From an uncultured Muribaculaceae bacterium (GTDB lineage: Bacteria > Bacillota_I > Bacilli_A > RF39 > UBA660), in assembly GCA_964430695.1 (NCBI GenBank), contig CAYSFO010000002.1:1-60281 (forward strand): 60,281 bases of DNA, given 5' to 3'. Shown piece by piece: positions 10,801 to 18,262 of the stretch (positions are counted from its first letter, which is position 1; each line of letters starts with the position of its first letter). The translations under genes were made by a program, and so were the position numbers. The notes under the pieces were generated by a model that saw only the letters and a program-made list of their open reading frames with translations, was not told the DNA's origin and ran no database searches.

Positions 10801-12049
10801 TAATATATGCGATTGAACTTGCAAATGCAATGGTTTTTATTTTAGAAACAACTTTGGTAAAAGGATTCTCTTTTTGATGTAGGAAGAAATAGGATAAATC
10901 ATCTTCTGGAACTTCTAATTCTTCTGCTATTTTTACCTTGATGGTTTCAAGAGCAACATTTTCTAAAGATTTAGAGTTTTTTGTTTCTTCTTTTTTTCTT
11001 TTCTCTGCTAATAATTCTTTGGCCTTTTTATATTCAGCTAAACTTGTTTTAAATACTTCTGCGTCTCTTTCATTTATTGTACATATTGTAGAACCTATTT
11101 GTAGTTTAACAGGTTTTTTTGGATTTTGTTTGGATTCATTAATAATAGATGTTCCTAGGTCATCAAAATATGTCATTCTTTCTTCTAAAGATAAGGCTTT
11201 TACATATTCCCAATCAATAGAAACAGATGGTTTCTTTTCTTCGTCTAATTGTTCTTTGGCCTTTTTGAATTCAGTTAAACTTGTTTTAAATACTTCTTTA
11301 TCTCTTTTATTTACTGTACAAATGGTAGAACCTATTTGTAGCTTAACAGGTTTTTTTGGATTTTGTTTGGCTTCATTAATAATAAGGGTTCCTAGGTCAT
11401 CAAAATATGTCATTCTTTCTTCTAAAGATAAGGTTTCAATGTATTTCCAATCAATAGAAACTGAAGGTATATTGTGTTCAATGGCATAATTTTCTTCATA
11501 AAAAGATAATAATTGTTCTACTTGCTTTAATTCCCCTAATAGAGATGTATATTTTGCATAAAAATCACTAGAAATACTAATACTTTTTTTATCTTCTTTA
11601 CGATAAGAAGGAACTAAGCGTTTTTTTCCACGTTCTTTTGTTATTTGCTCTAATGATGCTACTAATTCTTCTTTTCGATTATTTAATTTTATAGCTATTT
11701 TTTCAATGGTTTCACTTACTGTTAAAATCTCTTTTGTTATGGATGCTAAAGCAACTTGTTCTTCTTCTACTTTCTTTTTGGTAGTTGTAAATTCTTTTAA
11801 AACTGATTGACGTTCTTTGGCTATAGTAGATAATTGCTCACTTAAAACAACGGTATTTTCTTCAAGTGACTTTACTTGTAATAATTTAATTTTCTTTTTG
11901 GAATTGGAAAGAGCTAGAGAAATTTCCTCTAGTTTTTTATTTAAACTATCTATTTTTTCCTTTTTCTCTATGGCTTGTTTTTCTTTTCCTTTTAAAACAT
12001 TGATTTTATTCATCCAATCTTCAAAAAATAATTCAAAATCTTTTGACAT
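7874..12049 (-). CDS. 1391-aa bitopic envelope protein: coiled coil, six ~79-aa repeats, TM helix, acidic linker, SleB-type (Hydrolase_2) cell-wall hydrolase domain
   Basis: SD AAAGGGGGA before the ATG at 12049 and no signal peptide. Repeats carry SIDW..LSLEER..YF..L. Single hydrophobic helix VATAAVAAVAILATSTL (about 9050-9115). Glu-rich linker. C-terminal ...GVTSVILNRMEDGRY...APGQFTVW... resembles SleB/CwlJ-type hydrolases. Confidence 0.8.
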   Translation of the reverse strand: MSKDFELFFEDWMNKINVLKGKEKQAIEKKEKIDSLNKKLEEISLALSNSKKKIKLLQVKSLEENTVVLSEQLSTIAKERQSVLKEFTTTKKKVEEEQVALASITKEILTVSETIEKIAIKLNNRKEELVASLEQITKERGKKRLVPSYRKEDKKSISISSDFYAKYTSLLGELKQVEQLLSFYEENYAIEHNIPSVSIDWKYIETLSLEERMTYFDDLGTLIINEAKQNPKKPVKLQIGSTICTVNKRDKEVFKTSLTEFKKAKEQLDEEKKPSVSIDWEYVKALSLEERMTYFDDLGTSIINESKQNPKKPVKLQIGSTICTINERDAEVFKTSLAEYKKAKELLAEKRKKEETKNSKSLENVALETIKVKIAEELEVPEDDLSYFFLHQKENPFTKVVSKIKTIAFASSIAYIRAKVQPTFDRISVIARKGFSTCLSKFEKAQKIFIAKVKKLQKPSVSIDWKYVSRLSLEEKIAYFDDLGTSIINNAKTNPKNPISLQIGSTICTINKRDAEVFKTSLAEYKKAKELLEENKKKEEDKKRSKSLENVTLETTKVGITEKLITPESDLSYFFLHQKENPFTNALSRIKKISFANSIEYIRAKVQPTFDRISVIAKKGFSTCLSKFEKAQKIFAAQIKKYKKPSVTIDWEHVNTLSSEEKADYFLDLLSKIVKEAELHPSEVIEVTIGKLTQKINAIDEEIFTICYREYEAAKEEYLKPQPSFTIDWEKAEKMPLKERINYFGNLILMFINAPKIDAKPIPVGKFTVMINAFDEEDFNECCEEYISAKEAERKLTEKNQVYVGIDWKQINKLSLEERISYFEYILQNIITKPITGERATVYYGNKIVSINALDKKQYNDNYNALKTTKLMMNAEKTFIERKPYFDNAFAHQTEEQIEVEEPKETLHSKIIAIKKACYIQALDAICDKPVKHGVQYISEIGIYRFDRKYKKIFEKIMDAYLELDNVTPKENDELFKVNKKIAVATAAVAAVAILATSTLSKSNVTNTAESKPVLENTVEMENTTTSSRNSTVTEINNINDLEILFADVMIPENQKEENATILDAISTDFVPEIQEKQEESGVTIVEEMIPDLVEGEIDLASAKDDIKEGKSNAEGDIEEPPKEPKLTKPVDEIVTIETELGIANGDVQLASMDIASSEETSKTNEEEPEEPETKEIVNENLDEEEIIEETQAEAEVSEEPIASVEETQLEEETINVGQEILSDVEIVPYDVNEIVAGYHLTMENTTYTVSEEEFLQVAYVVQQESLDGSYEDALGVTSVILNRMEDGRYSYADSLLAVVSAPGQFTVWDASKAAAFTRAEIQPEVLRAMNDALYNGIRNNDYVEFKSAGTAKYSITGEFKIQFVANGNKYHHLAKNVDRCAGKALLLAKK
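10118..11230 (-). repeat. two tandem in-frame coding repeats of 558 and 555 bp inside the 1391-aa gene
   Basis: Pro codons of the KPSVSIDW motif lie at 10115-10117, 10673-10675 and 11228-11230. The units are visibly near-identical at DNA level. The plus-strand shadow ORFs (10380.., 10938..) mirror each other. Confidence 0.85.
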
Positions 12050-12157
12050 ATAAAATCCCCCTTTTCATGAAACGCAAGTAATTATTTCTTCTTTAAGTTT
12101 CTACTAATTACCCCTTTTTACCGTAAAAAACCAAAATCGTTTCATACAACGAGGAAT

Positions 12158-12186
12158 ACAATACCATATTTACAACTGCTTGTCAA
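12158..12186 (-). promoter_or_regulatory. strong sigmaA-type promoter of the 1391-aa gene
   Basis: Minus strand TTGACA (12186-12181), 17 nt, TGgTATTGT extended -10 (12163-12158). Preceded by two direct GTCTAAAAAA(A)CA repeats (12188-12212). Confidence 0.6.
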
Positions 12187-12221
12187 CTGTTTTTTTAGAC
12201 TGTTTTTTAGACTTTATGTCC

Positions 12222-12251
12222 AAAGGAAAAGAGCGCTGATAAATAGCACTC
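12222..12251 (-). terminator. intrinsic terminator after the secreted Cys-repeat protein gene
   Basis: GAGUGCU-N7-AGCGCUC stem (one G-U pair) followed by UUUUCCUUU on the minus strand. Confidence 0.5.
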
Positions 12252-12262
12252 ATTACTACTTT

Positions 12263-13870
12263 TTAACCGATTTCAATTAGGTATGGATTTTCTCTGCTTC
12301 CATCTCCGTTTAAGTATTTTACACTAGAACTTAGATGAAAAGTAGGATATACATCGATATCGACAACGGTATTATCATGATTAGTATTAGCACTTTCCAT
12401 AAACAAACGACCATTCCGTTCGATATAGAATGCAGGAGCCAACCCAGGATAACCAGAAGTGATAGTCCATTTCCCTCTCAGAGAACTATACAACCAATCG
12501 TTATCTCTACAATCTGGTATAACACTTCCATACCATGAGTCCAAACTTGTTACTAAACATATATTTCTACTTGTTGTACTTCCTCCACTTGTAGCATATC
12601 CATAATCACTTGGATATATTAATCCTATTTTGGCTACTGTTGCTATAGTACTTTTTGCATCTCCCCCACCTGTGTTTCCTCTTTCGTTTCCATAACAAAT
12701 AACTGTCTCAAATTCATTTGATTGGTGATTATAAGCTCCGAGATACCACTTGGTATTATCTATATATTTTTGATAGCTACTAATACTATTCCAGTAAGTT
12801 TGGTTTAATGTGACTGTATTTAGTATACTTTTCGTCCAATCATTACTCGAACTACCATTACTTCCACTCCAGTAATCACTTTTATATCTAGTGGCCTTGA
12901 TCAGTTTTACCCTATATTCATAAGGTCCGTTTTCGCTACTTTGGGTTGGGATTACTCCTATAATTCTGTATAATTGACCTTCTGTACAACTTCCACTTGC
13001 TTCTAGGCAGACATAGTTATTTGGGTTTGCCCCTGTATATCTGTAATCGATTGTTGCATTTGCTCCTGTTTGATACGTTTCTTCATGTTCCTGTTTTATA
13101 ATACTTTCATCTGTTTCAGATAAAGCAATTAGGTAATTACTGAATGTTATTGGTGTTGTTCCAAACTTAATGTCACATTTCATTCCTTCTTCATATTGAG
13201 TAATAATTGGCTCCCATTTGCTTTCATCAAATCCTGCACTTCCCTTTGCACATGTTGTTATTCCATTATAATAATATTCTTGACTTGGTTTATTTTCCAC
13301 TTTATTATTATCTAAGTAATAACTAAAGATATTATTCTTGGTTTGGAATTTAACTTCACAACTTGTATTTTCATTTATTCCTGTTACTACTGGTTTCCAG
13401 TTTGTTGCATCCCAATTTCCTGTTCCATTTGTACAACTCATACTTACATAGATATCCTCATTCTCTTTTGTTGGGAATTCTTTTGCTTCTGCTTCATTTA
13501 TTGTTATATGATAGATACTTTCAAAATCTAAACTACATTTTACTTTTGTACTTGTGATATTTCCTATATTAATAGACCATGTACTATAATTCCATGTTCC
13601 TTCTGCTCCTTCACAGGTTGTTTTTACACGGTATTCTCTTCCTTCGGGTACTGATTCAACTGCTTCTCCATCTAATGTCATTGCAAGTTGTACATCTCCA
13701 CTTACAAAATCAGGTATTCTTCCCTTTAGTACATTAAATTCTAGTTTTTCTTCGTATAATGCAAAGGTTCTATATAAAGTGATTCCTCCTACAATTAGTA
13801 ATATTCCTATGATAGATGCTATTACTATCCTTTTTTGTTTTTTATTTCTATCAAATTTTTTTAGTTTCAT
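12263..13870 (-). CDS. secreted/membrane-anchored protein with three Cys-bounded ~55-aa repeats and a C-terminal lectin-like domain
   Basis: AAGGAG SD before the ATG at 13870 (MKLKKFDRNKKQKRIVIASIIGILLIVGG signal anchor). Repeats have the pattern C..G.G.W....W.P.......C...F. The C-terminus (IGLIYPSDYGYA...WTITSG...GDGSRENPYLI) resembles the C-termini of the right-edge paralogues. Confidence 0.7.
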   Translation of the reverse strand: MKLKKFDRNKKQKRIVIASIIGILLIVGGITLYRTFALYEEKLEFNVLKGRIPDFVSGDVQLAMTLDGEAVESVPEGREYRVKTTCEGAEGTWNYSTWSINIGNITSTKVKCSLDFESIYHITINEAEAKEFPTKENEDIYVSMSCTNGTGNWDATNWKPVVTGINENTSCEVKFQTKNNIFSYYLDNNKVENKPSQEYYYNGITTCAKGSAGFDESKWEPIITQYEEGMKCDIKFGTTPITFSNYLIALSETDESIIKQEHEETYQTGANATIDYRYTGANPNNYVCLEASGSCTEGQLYRIIGVIPTQSSENGPYEYRVKLIKATRYKSDYWSGSNGSSSNDWTKSILNTVTLNQTYWNSISSYQKYIDNTKWYLGAYNHQSNEFETVICYGNERGNTGGGDAKSTIATVAKIGLIYPSDYGYATSGGSTTSRNICLVTSLDSWYGSVIPDCRDNDWLYSSLRGKWTITSGYPGLAPAFYIERNGRLFMESANTNHDNTVVDIDVYPTFHLSSSVKYLNGDGSRENPYLIEIG

Positions 13871-13976
13871 TTTTATTCTCCTTATATTTAAAGGATAACA
13901 CAACTTGCTCGTATTTGTAAACAGTTTTATTTATTATATATCTTTTAATGTGAAAATTGTATTGGTGAGTAGCCCT

Positions 13977-14435
13977 ATGAATTATCAAAGATTGAGTGAA
14001 TTAAGAAAATATAATGATTGGTCACAAAGTGTTGTTGCTGATAAAGTAGGTGTCAGTCGTTCTGTTTATGCTGCATATGAGCTTGGAATTCGAATTATTC
14101 CTTTAAAGCATTTATATGTTCTTGCCAAAATTTATAATGTCCCTATAGATTATTTGGTTAATCTAACTGATCATGATGAAGAAGTTGATATCTATAATAT
14201 TAGCGAATTAAATAAAGAAGAAATTGGAAATAAAATTAAAGAAATACGTCAAGAATTTCATTTGACTTTGCGTAATTTAGCGAGTGTCTTAAATACTACT
14301 TCTTCTACTATATCTGCTTATGAAACAGGAAAAACCCTTATATTAACTGCTTTTGCCGTTCAAATATGCCAAAAATATCACATTTCTTTAGATTGGTTAT
14401 GTGGTCGAACAGAACATAAATATCTTAATAAGTAG
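13977..14435 (+). CDS. XRE-family transcriptional regulator with two HTH domains
   Basis: Start moved to the ATG at 13977 (MNYQRLSELRKYNDWSQSVVADKVGVSRSVYAAYELG...). A second HTH follows (LTLRNLASVLNTTSSTISAYETG). Divergent from the gene at 12263-13870. Confidence 0.8.
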   Translation: MNYQRLSELRKYNDWSQSVVADKVGVSRSVYAAYELGIRIIPLKHLYVLAKIYNVPIDYLVNLTDHDEEVDIYNISELNKEEIGNKIKEIRQEFHLTLRNLASVLNTTSSTISAYETGKTLILTAFAVQICQKYHISLDWLCGRTEHKYLNK

Positions 14436-14462
14436 GTTTTTGAACAAAAAAACAATTAAAAA

Positions 14463-14481
14463 AGTACAATTAATTTGTACT
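14463..14481. terminator. bidirectional hairpin between convergent XRE and PFOR genes
   Basis: AGTACA-N7-TGTACT flanked by an A-run and a T-run. Overlaps the PFOR stop codon. Confidence 0.45.
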
Positions 14482-17400
14482 CTTTTCTTTGTAATAATTA
14501 TAACGTTTTATCGCATTTTCCTTATTCATTTCTAATAGTTCTTTTGCAAGTTGTTCATCTTTGATTTTCAAAGAATGGTATCTAGTTTCGTTATCTAAGA
14601 AATTCTCATATGCATCAAAGTTTGGTTCTTTAGAATCTAAGTATAATTTTTCTTCTGTTGGATTATAACGCATTAATAGTTGATACCCTACTTGTACAGC
14701 TAAAATTTGCTCGTTTGTGGTGCAAGATAATCCACCTTTTATACCGTGTTCAACACATGGGCAGTAAGCGATAACGATAGCAGGTCCTTGATGGTTTTCT
14801 GCTTCTTTTAAAGTTTTAATCGTCTGCTGCATATCAGCACCTAAACAAATACTTCCCACGTAACAATTTGGATAACACATAGCAATTTTAAATAAGTCTT
14901 TTTTACCGTTCTTTTTACCAAAGTCAGCAAATTCCGCGACTGCCCCAATTTTCGAAGATTTAGACATTTGTCCACCCGTATTGGAATATACTTCGGTGTC
15001 TAAAACTAAAATTTTAACATTTTCATTACTTGATAAAACATGATCGATTCCACCAAATCCTATATCGTATGCCCAACCATCTCCACCAATCGCCCAAACA
15101 CTGCGAGCAGGAACATATTCGAGTAAATCTTTTAAATCTTTTGGAATTTCTAATTCTTTTAGCTCTTCTTTCAGTTGATAAGTAATATCAAAATCATTTT
15201 GATTATTCAACCAAGTTTCAAATTTTTCTTTTACCCCATTATCAACAGATGCTAAAGAGACTTTCATAATGTTTTCAATTTGTTTTCTCTTTTGTTGGTA
15301 AGATAGATGCATTCCTAGAGCAAATTCCGCATTGTCTTCAAATAAAGAATTGGCCCATGGAATACTATAAGGTGTACTCGGAATACTTCCTCCATAAATA
15401 CTTGAACATCCTGTTGCATTAGCAATGATTAATTTTTTGCCTACCAGTTGCGTAAGGAGACGAATATAAGATGTTTCTCCACAACCAGCACAGGCTCCTG
15501 AAAATTCAAAGTAAGGTTTTACAAAGCTTAAATCTTTTACAGTATTTTTGTTAGTACTTTCTGGATTTTCATATTCATTAAAGTAATACTCGCTTTGTTC
15601 TTGTAGTTTTTGATTATACTCTCCAAATTCTAAAGCTTTCTTTCCCTTTAAGCCAGGACAAACATTGATACATAGGCCACAACTGGTACAATCCGCTTCA
15701 CTTATACTTACTAAGAAGTTATATTTATCGTTTCCAAGCATTGGTTTTCCTATGGTTTTATCTTCTGTTTTAAAGGAACGAATTACACTATGTGGACAAA
15801 CAAAGCTACAACGACCACACTCGATACAATTTTCTGGAATCCATTTTGCTACTTTATCGGCAATTTTGCGTTTTTCTAATTTAGATAGGCCACCTTTAAA
15901 TGTTCCATTTGCTACTTCCATCAGCTCACTTACAGGTAGTTCATATCCTAAACGGTCGTTTATTTTTTCAAATAAAGTTCTTTCTTTTTCTTTGATATAG
16001 CCCTCACTAGTTAATTGTAAGGGATATAAATTATCAAAGGCTTTTTTTATGGCATTTTTATTATTTTCTATGACTTCTTCTCCCTTGTTTTTGAAAGAGG
16101 CTTCAATTGTTTCACTTACTAGATCAATAGAATGGTCAATTCCTATTAGTTTTAAAATCACAACTTCCATGATTTTATTAATTTTACCTTTTACTTTGTT
16201 TTCTTCCGCAAGTTTACTTGCATTTATTGCTAAAACTTGAATGTTTCTTTCTTTTATAATTTCTTTATCTTTTTTGCTTATTTTTTCCTCTAGCTGTTTT
16301 GGATTTATAGTATTAATTAAAAGGATGCCCTCTTTTTTTATATTTTTTAACATTTCAAAACGTTTAAAGTATTCGTCTTTGGTCACAACGACTAAATCAG
16401 GACTTGTCACATAAAATGGTGAATGAAATTCTTTGTTTTTAATACGAAGATTAGATACTGTAACTCCACCACTTTTTTTGGAGTCATATTCAAAGTAGCC
16501 ATCGACAGGAAGTTCTAGTTTTGAAGAGGCAATGCTTAAAATGTCTTTGCTTGCACTTACCATTCCATCACTACCAAAACCATAGATTAGAATTTCTTTG
16601 GCATCTAAATCTAGATTATATTCATACTGTTTTAAACTTAAATTAGTTACATCATCTACAATACCAATTGTAAAGTTTTCTTTCACTTCCCCCTCCAACA
16701 TTTTAAATACACTATAAATATTACTTGGTGTAGTATTTTTACTAGATAGTCCAAAACGTCCTCCAACAATTTCTATATCCGTATCTTTTAGAGCAGATAA
16801 AATATCTAAATATAAAGGTTCTCCTGTGCTTCCTGCCTCTTTGGTACGGTCTAATACAGCGATTTTTTTAACTGATGTGGGTAAGACATTTTTTAAGTAT
16901 TCTTTACTAAATGGGCGATATAAGTGTACTTCTATTACACCTAAATGAGCACCTTTTTTGTTTTCTTCTTCTACCACTAATTTAATGGTATCTACAACAC
17001 TGCCCATAGCAATAATGATATGTTCGGCATTTGGACTACCATAGTAATTAAATGGTTTGATATTCGTGTGCGTAATCTCATTTACTTTTTCCATATATTC
17101 TGCCACAATAGCAGGCATTGCGTTATAAGCACTGTTCCTTGCTTCTACTGATTGAAAGTAAATATCTTCATTAGAAGCTAAACCTTTTTCGATATTATTA
17201 TCTACATTAAGCATTCGATTTTTAAATTCGTTTATCTTAGCGTAATCAATTAATTTTAAGAAGGCATTTTCATCAATTTCTTCTATAGTATGTAATTCAT
17301 GGCTTGTTCTAAAACCGTCAAAAAAATGTAAGAAAGGAAGTGAGCCTTTAATACTAGATAGATGAGCAACAGCACTTAAAGCTCTTACATCTTCTATATT

Positions 17401-17823
17401 TGTAGAGGCTAACATACAAAAACCAGTTGCTCTTGTTGCATAAACGTCACTATGGTCTCCAAAAATAGATAACGCGTGTGTTGCTACTGTACGAGAAGCC
17501 ACATGAATAACACCTGGTAACATTTCACCCGCCATTTTATACATATTTGGAATCATTAATAGTAGTCCTTGACTGGCTGTAAAAGTCGTTGCTAAAGACC
17601 CTGTAAGTAAAGCCCCATGCATGGCACCAGCAGCTCCTGCTTCACTTTGCATTTCCACGAGTTCTACCTTGCTATTAAAAAGGTTTAATTTATCGGTATG
17701 ATTTAAAAAATCAATATTTGAAGCCATTGGACTTGATGGGGTAATCGGATAAATTGATGCTACCTCACTAAATAAATATGCCATATTGGAGCACATTTTA
17801 TTGGCGTCCATTACTTTTTTCAT
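14470..17823 (-). CDS. nifJ: pyruvate:ferredoxin (flavodoxin) oxidoreductase
   Basis: About 1117 aa. Two 4Fe-4S ferredoxin motifs (CIECGRCSFVCP, CTSCGLCINVCP) and the TPP-binding region GGDGWAYDIG. Start set at the second ATG (17823), 6 nt after GGAGG. Confidence 0.95.
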   Translation of the reverse strand: MKKVMDANKMCSNMAYLFSEVASIYPITPSSPMASNIDFLNHTDKLNLFNSKVELVEMQSEAGAAGAMHGALLTGSLATTFTASQGLLLMIPNMYKMAGEMLPGVIHVASRTVATHALSIFGDHSDVYATRATGFCMLASTNIEDVRALSAVAHLSSIKGSLPFLHFFDGFRTSHELHTIEEIDENAFLKLIDYAKINEFKNRMLNVDNNIEKGLASNEDIYFQSVEARNSAYNAMPAIVAEYMEKVNEITHTNIKPFNYYGSPNAEHIIIAMGSVVDTIKLVVEEENKKGAHLGVIEVHLYRPFSKEYLKNVLPTSVKKIAVLDRTKEAGSTGEPLYLDILSALKDTDIEIVGGRFGLSSKNTTPSNIYSVFKMLEGEVKENFTIGIVDDVTNLSLKQYEYNLDLDAKEILIYGFGSDGMVSASKDILSIASSKLELPVDGYFEYDSKKSGGVTVSNLRIKNKEFHSPFYVTSPDLVVVTKDEYFKRFEMLKNIKKEGILLINTINPKQLEEKISKKDKEIIKERNIQVLAINASKLAEENKVKGKINKIMEVVILKLIGIDHSIDLVSETIEASFKNKGEEVIENNKNAIKKAFDNLYPLQLTSEGYIKEKERTLFEKINDRLGYELPVSELMEVANGTFKGGLSKLEKRKIADKVAKWIPENCIECGRCSFVCPHSVIRSFKTEDKTIGKPMLGNDKYNFLVSISEADCTSCGLCINVCPGLKGKKALEFGEYNQKLQEQSEYYFNEYENPESTNKNTVKDLSFVKPYFEFSGACAGCGETSYIRLLTQLVGKKLIIANATGCSSIYGGSIPSTPYSIPWANSLFEDNAEFALGMHLSYQQKRKQIENIMKVSLASVDNGVKEKFETWLNNQNDFDITYQLKEELKELEIPKDLKDLLEYVPARSVWAIGGDGWAYDIGFGGIDHVLSSNENVKILVLDTEVYSNTGGQMSKSSKIGAVAEFADFGKKNGKKDLFKIAMCYPNCYVGSICLGADMQQTIKTLKEAENHQGPAIVIAYCPCVEHGIKGGLSCTTNEQILAVQVGYQLLMRYNPTEEKLYLDSKEPNFDAYENFLDNETRYHSLKIKDEQLAKELLEMNKENAIKRYNYYKEKSTN

Positions 17824-17951
17824 ATGCATCCTCCCTCATTTTTTTCATTATAGCACTTATTTTATACAATTATGTAAAATAATGAAATAATTCTATTCAA
17901 AAACCTTATTTCTGTTTTATAATTAGAGTATACTAGATAGGAGATTAAAAA

Positions 17952-18248
17952 ATGTTTGATACAAAGAAAAGAATGGAAGAATTAGCGATTAGCTTTGATT
18001 ATTATGTGAATAACTATAGTCAATATAAGCAACAGTATTCCACATTACAGGAGCAAAATAAAGAAGAGACAAAAGAAGCTATCGAACTTGCAGAAAAAGC
18101 ACAAATTTCTTTGAATATTATTAATAGTATTCAAATGCAAATAAAAGAATTATCACAAAGAATCCGTGATATGGAATTAGAAAATGGTCTAGAGCCAACT
18201 ATTAGTGCACTGGATGAACCAACGGAAGATCCAAAACCAGGAAGATAA
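17952..18248 (+). CDS. hypothetical coiled-coil protein (98 aa)
   Basis: AGGAG SD. Glu/Gln/Lys-rich heptad-like sequence. No recognisable domain. Confidence 0.5.
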   Translation: MFDTKKRMEELAISFDYYVNNYSQYKQQYSTLQEQNKEETKEAIELAEKAQISLNIINSIQMQIKELSQRIRDMELENGLEPTISALDEPTEDPKPGR

Positions 18249-18262
18249 AAGATTCTAAAAAT

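Noticed and set aside
10380-11489. Plus-strand ORFs 10380-10616 and 10938-11489 (78 and 183 aa) with similar sequences
   Set aside because: They are antisense shadows of the tandem coding repeats in the 1391-aa minus-strand gene. They are Ser/Phe/Leu-rich, have no SD, and their similarity to each other simply mirrors the repeat.
12050-12157. Known riboswitch (e.g. cyclic-di-AMP ydaO-type) in the leader of the hydrolase gene
   Set aside because: I could not find the conserved core motifs of any riboswitch class I know. Only generic helices are visible.
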